Part shown: positions 63,613-64,000 of the stretch, piece after piece
Numbering within the stretch: the first letter of the stretch is position 1
Layout: the number at the start of each line of letters is the position of its first letter
DNA from: an uncultured bacterium
Lineage (GTDB): Bacteria; Babelota; Babeliae; Babelales; Vermiphilaceae
DNA: 64,000 nucleotides
Assembly: GCA_963695335.1 (NCBI GenBank)
Contig: OY968764.1
Span: 1,120,001-1,184,000 of the forward strand
Direction of reading: 5' to 3'
Translations under genes and position numbers: made by a program
Notes under the pieces: generated by a model
What the model was told of the DNA's origin: nothing
Seen by the model: only the letters and a program-made list of their open reading frames with translations
Databases searched by the model: none

Positions 63613-64000
63613 ATGAACAAAGCATTCATCGCAATCAGTATAACTCTCCACACATTATCGTATAATTCATCCGTCTCAGGCATGACGATCGATCAACTTC
63701 TCAACATTCAAGATATCGAACCACAAATTATCAGAAAAATTGCATGCCAAGATTTTCCAGACATGCGATTGGTATGCAAAAAATGGGCTGCAAGAGGCTT
63801 CGATGGCAAAATTAAAAAAGATTGGCAATTTATGCCCGATAGTGTTGAAAAACATTATGATAAAATTATTAAACAAAAAAAAGAGTTAAACCCTTTCTAC
63901 AAAAATATAATTTTATTTGACCTCATTAATGATTATCCCGCAGTTGAATGGATGGCAGACAGAAACACAAATAGAACAGGCATACTGTGTGATTATACAT
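63613..64000 (+). CDS. Exported F-box-like protein, truncated by the window edge
   Basis: aaggag RBS; MNKAFIAISITLHTLSYNSSVSGMT; LLNIQDIEPQIIRKIACQDFPDMRLVCKKW; open to the end. Confidence 0.7.
   Translation, partial: MNKAFIAISITLHTLSYNSSVSGMTIDQLLNIQDIEPQIIRKIACQDFPDMRLVCKKWAARGFDGKIKKDWQFMPDSVEKHYDKIIKQKKELNPFYKNIILFDLINDYPAVEWMADRNTNRTGILCDYT

Overview
AT-rich bacterial chromosome segment. Its content (F-box/ankyrin and Sel1-like exported proteins, many signal-peptide+'xME' proteins, an ATP-dependent DNA ligase, housekeeping genes split out of their usual operons) suggests an intracellular parasite of protists, probably Candidatus Dependentiae/Babeliota (TM6); this assignment is inference. 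Core genes: dnaE, pheS, galU, rsmG, gatC/gatA, ppsA, prfA, rpmE, mreC, hemW, secD, pgsA, plsY, serS, HU, tatD and six tRNAs (Phe, Asp, Asn, Val, Leu, Met). dnaE, ppsA, secD and one hypothetical gene carry indel frameshifts that are probably long-read errors. Accessory content: an ISAs1-family IS, an IS200-like tnpA element, an MNT-HEPN toxin-antitoxin pair, an orphan nuclease-toxin/CPCC immunity pair and two clostripain-family proteins. Most notable: (1) a covarying ~150-nt structured element fused to the CCA end of four of six tRNA genes; (2) a family of GAA/GAA internal-loop palindromes that nest inside one another at fixed sites and also enter coding sequences; (3) a five-gene array of exported macrodomain-like proteins with near-identical ends, variable cores and C-terminal F-box-like motifs.
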